Program-made: the position numbers and the translations under genes | Part shown: one piece after another, positions 46,548-55,304 of the stretch | How the letters are laid out: every line of letters starts with the position of its first letter | Position numbering within the stretch: position 1 is the stretch's first letter | The notes under the pieces: generated by a model | The model's input: the letters and a program-made list of their open reading frames with translations, nothing else | Database searches by the model: none | What the model was told of the DNA's origin: nothing | Source of the DNA: Candidatus Latescibacterota bacterium | Lineage (GTDB): Bacteria; Latescibacterota; UBA2968; UBA8231 | Direction: 5' to 3' | Assembly (NCBI GenBank): GCA_965242865.1 | Contig: CBDETK010000013.1 | Span: 5,408,001 to 5,472,000 of the forward strand | DNA: 64,000 nucleotides

Positions 46548-48152
46548 TCAAGGCTCGCGCACGGTCAGGAGCTGATCGGCCGCGACGTCGTGTAAGCGCG
46601 ACACCCGGCCGCTGGGCCAGCGGATTTCCACCTCGTCGGCGCGGGTGCGGTCTCCCAACCCGAAAAAGGGGCGCAGCGCACTTTGGCATAGATAGCTCGA
46701 TCCGGCCCGCACCACGTCATACCGCACTTGGTCGCCGGCCGCCACGCGGACCTCGGCCCCGATGGAGTCCCCGATCAACCGCAAGCTCAAGTAGTGCTGG
46801 GCATTGCCGCCGTCGTTGCGCAAGAGCGCGGCCGCTTGGTTGTTGTTGGCTACTACAATATCGAGATCGCCGTCGTGGTCGTAATCGCCCATGGCCGCGC
46901 CGCGGCTCACTTGCTGCAACCGCAGGCCCGGCCCCACCCGATTGCTCACCTCGGCAAAGCGCCCGTGCCCCTGATTGCGGAAGAGTTGGTTTTGCTGGGC
47001 GTACGTCACCGCGTCGAACAGGTGGATGTTGTCGTCGAGGTGGCCGTTGGCCACAAACAGGTCGCGGTCGCCGTCGTTGTCGTAGTCGATGAAGAGGGTG
47101 CCCCACGCGAGGAACGGCAGGCTGGGAACCCCCAACCCCGCCTGAAAGGTCACGTCGGCGAAAAACCCATTACCGAGGTTGCGGTAGAGGCTGTTGGTCT
47201 CCCACTGGTAGTTGGTGACGAAGAAGTCGAATCGGCCATCGCCGTCGTAGTCGCCCACGTCAACCCCCATGCCGGCCAGCGGCTTGCCCGCGTCGTTGTA
47301 AGCCACCCCGGCCAACGCGCCGACCTCGGCAAAGCGCCCTCCGTCGTTGCGGTAGAGCAAATTGGGGGTGCGGTCGCCGGCCGCGTACAAGTCGAGATCG
47401 CCGTCGCCATCGTAGTCGATAAAAAAGGCCCCGAGTTCCTTGGCGGCCGCTGGGAGCAACCCAACCTCCGCGGTGACATCGGCAAAGGTGGCGTTGCCTT
47501 GGTTGCGATAGAAGACATCGCGCTGGGGTGCAAAGGCCTCCGGCCCGCAGTACACCGCAATCTCACCGGAGCGGACGCAGGGCTGATGGATTTCGGGGCG
47601 GAACGCGGCGTAATTGGCCACGAACAGGTCGAGGTCGCCGTCGCCGTCGTAGTCGGCAAAAGCCGCGCCCGTACTCATCGCCGGGTTGGCTAGGACAGGC
47701 CCGGCCACGCCAGCCGCGTCGGTCGCCTCGGCAAACTCCCCGTCGTTGCGGTAGAGGATGTTGGGGCCGTACGCGGTGATGTACAAGTCCAAGTCGCCGT
47801 CGCCATCGTAGTCGGCCGCAGCCACGCCTAGCCCATAGCCCGAATGGGCCACGCCGGCCGCGTCGGTTGCCTCTGCGAATTGACCGGTGCCCGCGTTGCG
47901 ATAGAGCGCGCCCGGGCCGGCGCTGTTGACGAAGTACAGGTCGAGCCACCCATCGGCATCGTAGTCGAAAAAGGCCGCGCCCGACCCCATGGTCTCCATG
48001 GGGTACTTTTGCCCTTGCGCCCCATTCTGATGGCGAAAGGCGATCCCGACCTCGGCCGCCACCTCCACGAACTGCACCTCGGCGCGGCCCAGCGCGGCCT
48101 GTAGCAGGCCAAAGCAAGCGGCCCCTAAGAGGGCGCGCCGCGTCACGGGCAC
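46548..48152 (-). CDS. CRTAC1 family protein (FG-GAP repeats + ASPIC/UnbV)
   Basis: ETMGSGAAFFDYDADGWLDL, AGMGVDVGDYDGDG, SRGAAMGDYDHDGDLD, GSSYLCQS..FGLG..IRWPSG; no internal stop. Confidence 0.92.
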   Translation of the reverse strand: MPVTRRALLGAACFGLLQAALGRAEVQFVEVAAEVGIAFRHQNGAQGQKYPMETMGSGAAFFDYDADGWLDLYFVNSAGPGALYRNAGTGQFAEATDAAGVAHSGYGLGVAAADYDGDGDLDLYITAYGPNILYRNDGEFAEATDAAGVAGPVLANPAMSTGAAFADYDGDGDLDLFVANYAAFRPEIHQPCVRSGEIAVYCGPEAFAPQRDVFYRNQGNATFADVTAEVGLLPAAAKELGAFFIDYDGDGDLDLYAAGDRTPNLLYRNDGGRFAEVGALAGVAYNDAGKPLAGMGVDVGDYDGDGRFDFFVTNYQWETNSLYRNLGNGFFADVTFQAGLGVPSLPFLAWGTLFIDYDNDGDRDLFVANGHLDDNIHLFDAVTYAQQNQLFRNQGHGRFAEVSNRVGPGLRLQQVSRGAAMGDYDHDGDLDIVVANNNQAAALLRNDGGNAQHYLSLRLIGDSIGAEVRVAAGDQVRYDVVRAGSSYLCQSALRPFFGLGDRTRADEVEIRWPSGRVSRLHDVAADQLLTVREP

Positions 48153-48394
48153 TCGGAGTCCGCGCTGGCTTCGCTGGCCCCGCGCCCGGCGACCATGTTG
48201 CGGATCATCTGCGCCACATCGCCAACGCCCTTGTAGGCCACGGCCGCGACAATGCCGTAAAAGAGGACGCTAGCGACGATAAAAATCGCCTGCCAGACTT
48301 CTCGCCAAGGCATCAGCCTACATTCGACGTAAGCCGCGACCGCGGCGAACAGCAGGGCAAAGCGTACAATGTCTTTCCAGCGTTGGGCTTCCAT
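48143..48394 (-). CDS. Small membrane protein (probable symporter accessory subunit)
   Basis: Two TM helices; lies between the SSS symporter and CRTAC1 genes in the same orientation. Confidence 0.6.
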   Translation of the reverse strand: MEAQRWKDIVRFALLFAAVAAYVECRLMPWREVWQAIFIVASVLFYGIVAAVAYKGVGDVAQMIRNMVAGRGASEASADSECP

Positions 48395-48400
48395 AAGGGG

Positions 48401-49942
48401 TCACTCCATGTTGCTAAAGTCTAACGGGCGCGGCGGATGCGAGCGCTGGGTGAACGAGGCGACGACCAGCATGGCGAGGCCGCCCAAGACGAGGCTAGTC
48501 AGCCCGACGAGGTTGGAGTTTTCGACCAACGGCAACAAAAACTCGGGGACCAAGTGCTGGTTTTCGGTCATAATTAGAAAGTTGATCGGCACCAGCGCGC
48601 CCAGTATCAGGGCGCAGTACGCCCCCGGGGTATTGGCCTTTTTCCAATACAGCCCCAAGGCCACGGTGCCGACGCAGCCAGAGAAGTAGATGCTGCCGGT
48701 GACGTACATAAAGCGGAAGGCCGTCTCGGGCAGTTGGTAGAGCGCGCCGAAGAGGGCCAAGAAGGCCGCGAGGATGACGACGATGGCCCGGGTCCAGTAG
48801 ATCTCGCGCTCGCTCGACAGCCCGCCCCAAGTGCCATCGGCCTCGCGCCCGCCGCTCGACCGGGCGAGCATGGCCTTGATCGGCGAGACCACGTCGCGGA
48901 CGATGACGCCGCTCCAAGCCAACAGGTAGCTGTCGTGGGTGGACATGAAGGCGGCGAACATCCCGGCCATGAGCAGGCCGGCTAGGCCGATGGGCAGGAT
49001 TTTGCCGAGCATTTCGGGCATGGCGTAGTGGGGGTCGAGCGCGGGGTCGCCAAAATAGGCCAGCGTCGCGATGCCCCAAAACATCGGCACCATGGCCCGC
49101 CCCATGACCGTGGCCGCCGAGATCCAGAACACGCGGCGGGCCACTCTGGGGCTTTCGGCGCTGAGCGGCCGCATCATTTCGGGTTGCCAAACCACGCCGA
49201 CCAAGCCGACGCAGAACAAAAACGAGATCACCGGGAGGCCGTAGTTGGGATTGGCAATCGGGTCGAAGCCGAGGTCGCCTTTGTGGGTCTCAACGGCTTG
49301 GACTATGGTGTCCCAGCCGAGTTGGGGGTGATTGAGAATGATGTACGTGCCAAAGAAAAAACCCAGTGCCAACAACACGAACTGGGCGAAGTCCGTCAGC
49401 ACCACCGAGACCATGCCGCCCATTAGCGTGTAGAAGACGACGATGATCAACATGCCGACCATGACGTAGTTGACGTATTCCCGGTCGAGGCCGGTGAAGC
49501 CGACGATGAACTTGCTGCCGAGGATGGGGAACAGCCCCATGTTGAGGGTGCCGGCGAGGGTGAGGATGATGCCGCCGAGCAGGCGCACGCCGCGGGTGTA
49601 CTTGAGTTCGTAGAACTCGGGCACGGTCATCACCTGCAAGTGGCGCAGGCGGCTGACGATAAAGCCGGTGCGACCAATGATTAGCGTGGTGATCAGCGCC
49701 ATGAGGCCAAAGACAAAGGGCGCGAAGCCGTACTTAAAGCCCTCCTCGGCCATGTACATGACCGTGACCAACCCGAGCCCGGTCGAGACCATCGTGGCGA
49801 CGGCCATGTGGGTTTTGAGGCCGCGGCCGGCGACGAGAAAGTCGGAGATGCCCTTGATGGCACTGCGCGCCAACGTGCCAGCGACGATGGTGCCGCCGAC
49901 GTAAACGAGGACGATGGCGTAATCGATCCAGCTCAGGTGCAT
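48401..49942 (-). CDS. Sodium:solute symporter family protein
   Basis: DFLVAGR, YTLMGGMVSVVLTDFAQF, AAFMSTHDSYL, LYWKKAN..GA. Confidence 0.92.
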   Translation of the reverse strand: MHLSWIDYAIVLVYVGGTIVAGTLARSAIKGISDFLVAGRGLKTHMAVATMVSTGLGLVTVMYMAEEGFKYGFAPFVFGLMALITTLIIGRTGFIVSRLRHLQVMTVPEFYELKYTRGVRLLGGIILTLAGTLNMGLFPILGSKFIVGFTGLDREYVNYVMVGMLIIVVFYTLMGGMVSVVLTDFAQFVLLALGFFFGTYIILNHPQLGWDTIVQAVETHKGDLGFDPIANPNYGLPVISFLFCVGLVGVVWQPEMMRPLSAESPRVARRVFWISAATVMGRAMVPMFWGIATLAYFGDPALDPHYAMPEMLGKILPIGLAGLLMAGMFAAFMSTHDSYLLAWSGVIVRDVVSPIKAMLARSSGGREADGTWGGLSSEREIYWTRAIVVILAAFLALFGALYQLPETAFRFMYVTGSIYFSGCVGTVALGLYWKKANTPGAYCALILGALVPINFLIMTENQHLVPEFLLPLVENSNLVGLTSLVLGGLAMLVVASFTQRSHPPRPLDFSNME

Positions 49943-50066
49943 GCGTACTCCTGTGGGGCGGTGAATGGGCGGGTAGTAACTAATGGTGTTGAAGCGGTTT
50001 CATAACTAGCGTCGGGCCGCCTCAAGGGACATCAACATGGAAAAGACCGTCTCGATGCGGCCCCAG

Positions 50067-51056
50067 TTAGACGCTACGGTTGTAGATCCAGCTAAACTGT
50101 AGCGGCGCGGCGGGCGTTTGCCGGCGCTCGTTGCGCTCGGCTAGCTTGGCGTAGCGCGGCCCGAGCGAGCACAAGTACTCTTGGGCCGCGGCCGCTTCCC
50201 CGGTGAGGCCGGTGAGCGAATCCAACCCCCATTGGCGAACTAGGTGCTGGGTGATTTCGGAGTAATGCTTGGCCGTGTACACCCCGAGCCGCTGGGCCAC
50301 CGTGGAGAAGCGTTCAAAGAGGTTGGGGCCTTGCCCGTCGGTCATCAGGTGAGCGGGCATGACGACTTGGCGTTTCATCAGGTCGCGGAAGGCCAGTATC
50401 GCGCCGTTGGGGTCGAGCTCGAAAATTTTCTTGATAAAGCTGGTGTACGCTTTTTCGTGGCGGGCTTCGTCGCCGGCCACGACGCCGCAGATGGTCTTGA
50501 GGTGCGAATCGCCGGCCCTTTGCGCCAAGCGAGCCACATTGCTGTGGGAGATGCGGGTGGCCCGCTCTTGGAAAGACGTATAGACGAAGCCTTTGTAGGG
50601 ATCTTGGGCGGCCTGCGGGTTGAAGCCATTGCGCAGCAGGTATTGGATCGTCGTCTCGATGGCGCGCATATCGACGCGGCCGGTGAGGAAGAGGTATTTG
50701 TTGAGCAGGTCGCCGTGGCGATTTTCTTCGGCCGTCCAGCCGCGCGACCACTGGGCCCACGCGCTGGCATCCGTGCCGGTGGTGTCCGACACGCCTTCAA
50801 AGCTGTTGAGCAGAGTCTGATAGGTGGGCAGGGCTTCCTCGGTGATCATGTCGCCGACGAGGACGACGAGGACATCGTCGGGAAGTGCTTGGGCGCGGGC
50901 GCGGAACTCGCGGATGGAGTCTTCCCAGTTTTCCGCGCTCATATTGGGGAGAAAATCGTCGGGCTGCCAACTGTCTTCTACGGGTTTGAGCAACTGGAGC
51001 TGGCCTCTGACAAAATCCTCCATGCTCGCAATGACTTCTCTCTTGTGCGGATTCAA
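50067..51056 (-). CDS. Acyl-ACP desaturase (soluble, plant/DesA1 type)
   Basis: TEEALPTY, WTAEENRHGDLL, YTSFQERAT, DEARHE di-iron motifs. Confidence 0.93.
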   Translation of the reverse strand: MNPHKREVIASMEDFVRGQLQLLKPVEDSWQPDDFLPNMSAENWEDSIREFRARAQALPDDVLVVLVGDMITEEALPTYQTLLNSFEGVSDTTGTDASAWAQWSRGWTAEENRHGDLLNKYLFLTGRVDMRAIETTIQYLLRNGFNPQAAQDPYKGFVYTSFQERATRISHSNVARLAQRAGDSHLKTICGVVAGDEARHEKAYTSFIKKIFELDPNGAILAFRDLMKRQVVMPAHLMTDGQGPNLFERFSTVAQRLGVYTAKHYSEITQHLVRQWGLDSLTGLTGEAAAAQEYLCSLGPRYAKLAERNERRQTPAAPLQFSWIYNRSV

Positions 51057-51393
51057 CGGAGTTTCTCCATCACTGAGTGATTGAAAGATACCCTGACCGG
51101 GTACGCGGGCGGCATGGTTTATACATACAATAATTGAATATAAGACAAAATGAACAAGTTAAGCTATCGCTTCAAGCGGTTTTCCTCGGTAAGCCTTTTG
51201 ATACTAATGTTTTATATATGAAACAAATGGAAGATAATATAAACTTACGCTTTTGGCCCGTCAACGTGCGGCGCGCTACGCGAGCGAGTGGCTGGCGGCC
51301 CCCGCCAAAAGTGGCGAATGCCGCCATGAACCCATGTTCCCCTTAAAACTCTATCTGACTGTCTGCCAATAAGTTGTACCCAGCGCAAAGCCG

Positions 51394-51409
51394 CGGTACG
51401 CCTTTTGCT
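51394..51409 (+). promoter_or_regulatory. Sigma54-type promoter (-24/-12)
   Basis: CGGTAC-GCCTT-TTGCT = GG-N10-GC, 44 nt before the HTH-pspA operon. Confidence 0.6.
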
Positions 51410-51453
51410 AATAAACCGGGTAGTTCCCTTACCCCAACAAGGAGGATACCTCG

Positions 51454-51648
51454 GTGAACAAAGGATTTAGTCGGGAGCAAATCGAGCGCGTAGCGCGGAT
51501 GTACAAATGCAATCAGGACGCCAGCCGGGCGCTGGGGATCACGATCCGCAGCTTTAGCCGGCTCTGCCGCAAATACGATATTGAATCGCCCTTTGCCCGG
51601 CGGCAGCGGCAGTACGGTCGGGCGGCCCAAAGCACCAAGCCCGAATAG
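51454..51648 (+). CDS. Stand-alone Fis-type helix-turn-helix protein (64 aa)
   Basis: AGGAGG RBS; NQDASRALGITIRSFSRLCRKYDI resembles the HTH_8 tail of sigma54 activators. Confidence 0.72.
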   Translation: MNKGFSREQIERVARMYKCNQDASRALGITIRSFSRLCRKYDIESPFARRQRQYGRAAQSTKPE

Positions 51649-51661
51649 GAGGAGGCATATC

Positions 51662-52327
51662 ATGGGAGCCATAGAGCGGATCGCCGCCATCTGGAAGGCG
51701 AACCTCAACGAGGTGTTGGACCGGATCGAGGATCCGGCGAAAATGGTGGATCAGATCGTCCGCGACGTAGAGCGCGCCGTTGACCAAGCCGTAGCCGCGC
51801 TAGTCAAGGCGCGCGCCACCAAGCGGCGTCTAGAGCGCGATCTCCAGCGCAACGCCGAGCATATACAGAGGTGGCAAGCAAAGGCCGCGGCCGCAGTAGA
51901 GGCCGGCAACGACGAAAGTGCCCGGCTCGCCTTGATCCAGAAGACGAAGTTGGAGCACGAGCGCGTCGGGCTGGAGCCGGCTCTGGCAGAGCACGGCGAT
52001 ACCGTAGTCCAGCTAGCGGAGCAGGTCGAGAGCTTGCGTCAAAAGCTGCGCGATGTCCGGGCGCGGCGGAGCAAGCTGATCGCCCGCTGTTGCGCCGAGC
52101 GCGACCGCGGTGCCGCCGGCGGAGAAGACGCGACCACGCTCCGTTTTGCCGCGATCTCGCAGCGGGTGCAGCAAAGCGAATGCGAGCTGGCGCGTTTTGA
52201 GGAACAGGTGGATCGGGCCGTTGCTGAGGCCGAAGTGCTGCGCGAACTAGCGGCTGAACGCCGCGCCGAGCGCGACCGCAAGGTCGCAGAGGAACTGGCC
52301 GCGCTAAAAGCGGAAAAGGCATCGTAA
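51662..52327 (+). CDS. pspA: PspA/IM30 family protein
   Basis: ATG 51662 with GGAGG; RIAAIWKANLN..LDRIEDPAKMVDQ; W..KA..AV.AG....ARLAL; ELAALKA tail. Confidence 0.9.
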   Translation: MGAIERIAAIWKANLNEVLDRIEDPAKMVDQIVRDVERAVDQAVAALVKARATKRRLERDLQRNAEHIQRWQAKAAAAVEAGNDESARLALIQKTKLEHERVGLEPALAEHGDTVVQLAEQVESLRQKLRDVRARRSKLIARCCAERDRGAAGGEDATTLRFAAISQRVQQSECELARFEEQVDRAVAEAEVLRELAAERRAERDRKVAEELAALKAEKAS

Positions 52328-52344
52328 AGGAGAGGAGGTCCGTC

Positions 52345-52719
52345 ATGTTGGCCAGAATACTAGGTGCGATACTGCTCATTGGGGGCGTTGTTTGGTCGAT
52401 CAAGCTAATTTGGCCCGTATTCGGCGGTTTGTTTGGTTTGCTCGGCGCAGTTGTGGTCGGCCTCTTGGCGGCCGGGGCACTCTACGTGGGCCTGCGCTGG
52501 CTGCGCGGCGAGAGCCTCTTGGGCCGGGTTGTCGGGGCCTTGGTCCTACTCGTCGGCGTCGGGCTGGCCTTTAAGGCCGTGTTGAGCTTGGCGTCTAGCG
52601 TCTTTGGGATCGCGTTTTTGCTTTTGCAGGTCGCTTTGGTGCTGGCGATGATCTACGTGGGCTGGCGGTGGCTGGACAACGGCGAGTTTAGCCTGCGAGG
52701 ACGAGGCGACTATATCTAA
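52345..52719 (+). CDS. Four-TM membrane protein in pspA operon
   Basis: GAGGAGG RBS; internally duplicated hydrophobic hairpins (YVG.RWL twice). Confidence 0.8.
   Translation: MLARILGAILLIGGVVWSIKLIWPVFGGLFGLLGAVVVGLLAAGALYVGLRWLRGESLLGRVVGALVLLVGVGLAFKAVLSLASSVFGIAFLLLQVALVLAMIYVGWRWLDNGEFSLRGRGDYI
52677..52697 (+). repeat. Direct repeat C, copy 1 (21 bp)
   Basis: caacggcgagtttagcctgcg identical to 54002..54022. Confidence 0.85.
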
Positions 52720-52769
52720 AGGCGGTTTTGGAAGAGCCGGAGCTAGGGGGCGGTGAGGGTGGAGCAGTC

Positions 52770-52798
52770 TTGACTTTGTATGGTATGGTCATTATAAA
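52770..52798 (+). promoter_or_regulatory. Sigma70-type promoter of the parA-like cassette
   Basis: TTGACT-N17-TATAAA. Confidence 0.6.
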
Positions 52799-52912
52799 GG
52801 ACAGGCAGCAGGTACTATACCTTATCTCACAAATGCCCATCCTCCCGTAGTATGGGGCGTCCACAAGGGACGCCTCATACCTTTAACCCTCTTAACTAAG
52901 GAAGGTACTTAT

Positions 52913-53444
52913 ATGGCCAATAAACAAGGTCCTGTTTGCGTTTCAGTGATTAACATGAAAGGGGGCGTTGGCAAGACTACAATCGCGACAATGCTGGCTC
53001 GCCATGCGACCCTCATGTCCCGCAAAGTTCTAGCAACTGACTTGGACCCACAGGCTAACCTGTCTCAAGCCCTTATGGGAGGTCGTGCTTATAAGGAGTT
53101 CCTAGAGCACAAATCCCCGTCAGTTGTCGAGGTATTTAAGGAGTATCAGCCCCCAACTCCCGATAAGCCATAATCGAGGCCACTTGATTGATGTCATCGG
53201 CGTAGTCATCAATAATTCTACTTATCACTATAGTGGCAACCGTGGAGGGCCTGAAGCACAGAGATCAAAGAAGGAAATATGTGCGGAAGCAGCTAAGAAT
53301 GGATGGCACGTGTTCGAGTCCGAGCTCCCTTTCTCCCGAGGATTTCCCAAAATAATGCGCGGCGCTTTCAGTCATATTGGAGATGCTGCATACTTTCGGT
53401 GTTTTGCGGAAAAATTTTTCGCAAGACTCTTTAACGGAGGTTGA
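52913..53444 (+). pseudogene. ParA family ATPase, internally deleted and frameshifted
   Basis: NMKGGVGKTT and DLDPQANLS in 52913..53173; C-terminal GVVIN...ELPFSR in another frame; central DCPP region missing. Confidence 0.8.
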
Positions 53445-53450
53445 GAGCGT

Positions 53451-53996
53451 ATGAAGAATCCTATTGAAGCAGCACTGCGCCCAATAGTCCGCCAGTATGG
53501 CTTAGGGAGTGTTCTCGAATCGCTGGGGAGAATTGCGGACGCTCAAGGCGAAAGTTCTGGGCAGCCCAGAGGATCGTCCGATGCCGATAAGGGGAAAAAG
53601 CCCAAGAAGCGAAGTGTAAAAGCTACGGCACCGGAATACGTTTCCAAGTTGGAACTCTCCTCAGAGAAGATCTCTCCAGTAGCTAATCTTGCGGAGTGCT
53701 TTGAGCGCAAGGCGTTTTTGCCCACTTTCGGCGATATTGCTCACTTCTGTCAGATATACGGAATTGAGGTGCCGGCCTCTAAGACTCGCGCAAGTGCCAT
53801 CCCAAGAGTTTTCAAGCACCTAGCGGCGATGGAAACCGAAGAAATTCAAAGGATATTGGACGATGGGCTATTCTCCGGCCCATCGCGTTTGGGGCCTATT
53901 GCGGATGCAATCCGGCGCAATGGCAGGGGCAGCACTTCGCCTGCCTCCTCGTCAGTGCGAAACTCTCCTCTCCAGCCTACCGAGAGACATCCATAG
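53451..53996 (+). CDS. Hypothetical protein downstream of parA remnant
   Basis: 181-aa ORF starting 6 nt after the parA stop, GGAGG upstream. Confidence 0.7.
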   Translation: MKNPIEAALRPIVRQYGLGSVLESLGRIADAQGESSGQPRGSSDADKGKKPKKRSVKATAPEYVSKLELSSEKISPVANLAECFERKAFLPTFGDIAHFCQIYGIEVPASKTRASAIPRVFKHLAAMETEEIQRILDDGLFSGPSRLGPIADAIRRNGRGSTSPASSSVRNSPLQPTERHP

Positions 53997-54001
53997 CCCA
54001 G

Positions 54002-54022
54002 CAACGGCGAGTTTAGCCTGCG
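54002..54022 (+). repeat. Direct repeat C, copy 2 (displaced 3' end NGEFSLRRWRV*)
   Basis: Identical to 52677..52697; continues cgatggagagtttga to an in-frame stop. Confidence 0.85.
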
Positions 54023-54062
54023 GCGATGGAGAGTTTGAGGGCCTAAAAAGGGATTAAAGTGC

Positions 54063-54116
54063 TTGACAACTGCACTTGTGTTCAGTATATTGGTTGCTAC
54101 TGAACACAAGTGCAGT
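54063..54116 (+). promoter_or_regulatory. Sigma70 promoter overlapped by a perfect 19-bp inverted repeat (two SOS-box-like operators)
   Basis: TTGACA(54063)-N17-TATATT(54086); ACTGCACTTGTGTTCAGTA-N10-TACTGAACACAAGTGCAGT. Confidence 0.8.
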
Positions 54117-54188
54117 AATTGCTCAAAATGATCCCCCACGTCCTCTCTGGCACCGCCCTGAGTGCCAGTACTCCCTAGGAGGTTTCCA

Positions 54189-54482
54189 ATGCACAGGCAG
54201 CGTGCATTCCCCACATCCCCCTCGGTCGCCCGGCTGGGCGGGGAGCTCAGCGCAGTCATCAATCGGGTGCGGAGTGCTTTCGGGCCCATTCCCATGCGCG
54301 GCTCGGCCGGCCGGCCCCAAGTTCAGCGGGCCGAGCAAGTCGTCGATCAAACCGCCCGTCAGCTCCTCCGCGGCGAAGCGGATTGGAGCGCGTGGTATCG
54401 GGTGCTGCGTCAGTACGAAGACGCTTGGATGCTAGAGCTGGAAAGGATGCGCAGCACCCGAGCCGAGCGCTGTGCGGCTTGA
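54189..54482 (+). CDS. Hypothetical 97-aa protein
   Basis: ATG 54189 with TAGGAGG RBS, directly downstream of the operator-bearing promoter. Confidence 0.7.
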   Translation: MHRQRAFPTSPSVARLGGELSAVINRVRSAFGPIPMRGSAGRPQVQRAEQVVDQTARQLLRGEADWSAWYRVLRQYEDAWMLELERMRSTRAERCAA

Positions 54483-54484
54483 GG

Positions 54485-54748
54485 CTAATCGAGGTGGATC
54501 TCGTCCACTTTGCCGACGATGGCCGCGTCCGTAGGCAGTGGAGGGGCAAAAGCATTGCAGGCTTCGCGGGCGACTTCGACGATCACGGCGTCGCCCTCGC
54601 GCAGGGCCGCCCAAGTCGCGCAGACCTCGGCCTCGCCCGTAAGCGCTAGGTGCTCGTTGAGGTCTTGGGTCAGGTGCAATATCTGGCCGCGGAACGGCTC
54701 AATGCACTGCGAGAGCACTACAGTGCCCACCACCTTGGCCAGCTTCAC
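54485..54748 (-). CDS. EutN/CcmL family BMC vertex protein
   Basis: GTG 54748; MKLAKVVGTVV...PTDAAIVGKVD. Confidence 0.85.
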   Translation of the reverse strand: MKLAKVVGTVVLSQCIEPFRGQILHLTQDLNEHLALTGEAEVCATWAALREGDAVIVEVAREACNAFAPPLPTDAAIVGKVDEIHLD

Positions 54749-55005
54749 GCGACCGCCTCCTCGTCGATAATTCCCACGATCACGCTCCTGCACGGGGGGC
54801 GTTTGGCCCCGGTCACCTCGGCCCCGGCCGCCCCGGACTGAACGACCAACACGCTGCTGCCGATCCCGGCTTGGACTCCATCCACCGCCACCTGCAAAGC
54901 ACCGCCTTCCTCGCCTTCGGGGCGCACCACCATGATCTTCTGCCCGGCGAGCGCGGGATGTTTGCTGCTGGCGACTACGTGGCCAATGACGCGGCAGACC
55001 TTCAT
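54745..55005 (-). CDS. EutN/CcmL family BMC vertex protein
   Basis: ATG 55005; MKVCRVIGHVVASSKHPAL.G.K...VAVD.VQAG.G..VLV..SG...IVGIID. Confidence 0.88.
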   Translation of the reverse strand: MKVCRVIGHVVASSKHPALAGQKIMVVRPEGEEGGALQVAVDGVQAGIGSSVLVVQSGAAGAEVTGAKRPPCRSVIVGIIDEEAVA

Positions 55006-55304
55006 GCGACTTGCTTCTCTAGGGCGCGTCCAAACGCCTGTAGCGAATCCACGATACCGATGATCAGCGCATCTACTGGCACCTGCTCCATGCCCGGGGC
55101 CTGCCGCGCCGAGCTGCCCTGCACGACGACGACGAGTTCGCCTTCGCCCGCTTGCACCGCGTCGATGCAGACGAGGTGTTTCTCGGTGTGCTGCAAGCCC
55201 TCGGGCGTGGCGGCGAGGATTTCGACGATGAGTAGTTTCTCGCCCTCGAGGGCCTCTACCTTGGCGCTGGAAACCACGCGCCCTTTGACGAGGCCGAGTA
55301 TCAC
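55002..55304 (-). CDS. EutN/CcmL family BMC vertex protein
   Basis: G.V.G.VVSS.K...L.G.KLL.V...D.VQAGEGE.V.VVQGSSAR...PVDALIIGIVD. Confidence 0.92.
   Translation of the reverse strand: MILGLVKGRVVSSAKVEALEGEKLLIVEILAATPEGLQHTEKHLVCIDAVQAGEGELVVVVQGSSARQAPGMEQVPVDALIIGIVDSLQAFGRALEKQVA

Noticed and set aside
52850-52880. Hairpin GTATGGGGCGTCC-acaag-GGACGCCTCATAC as a riboswitch or sRNA
   Set aside because: Single hairpin with no recognisable RNA family features; more likely a REP-like element
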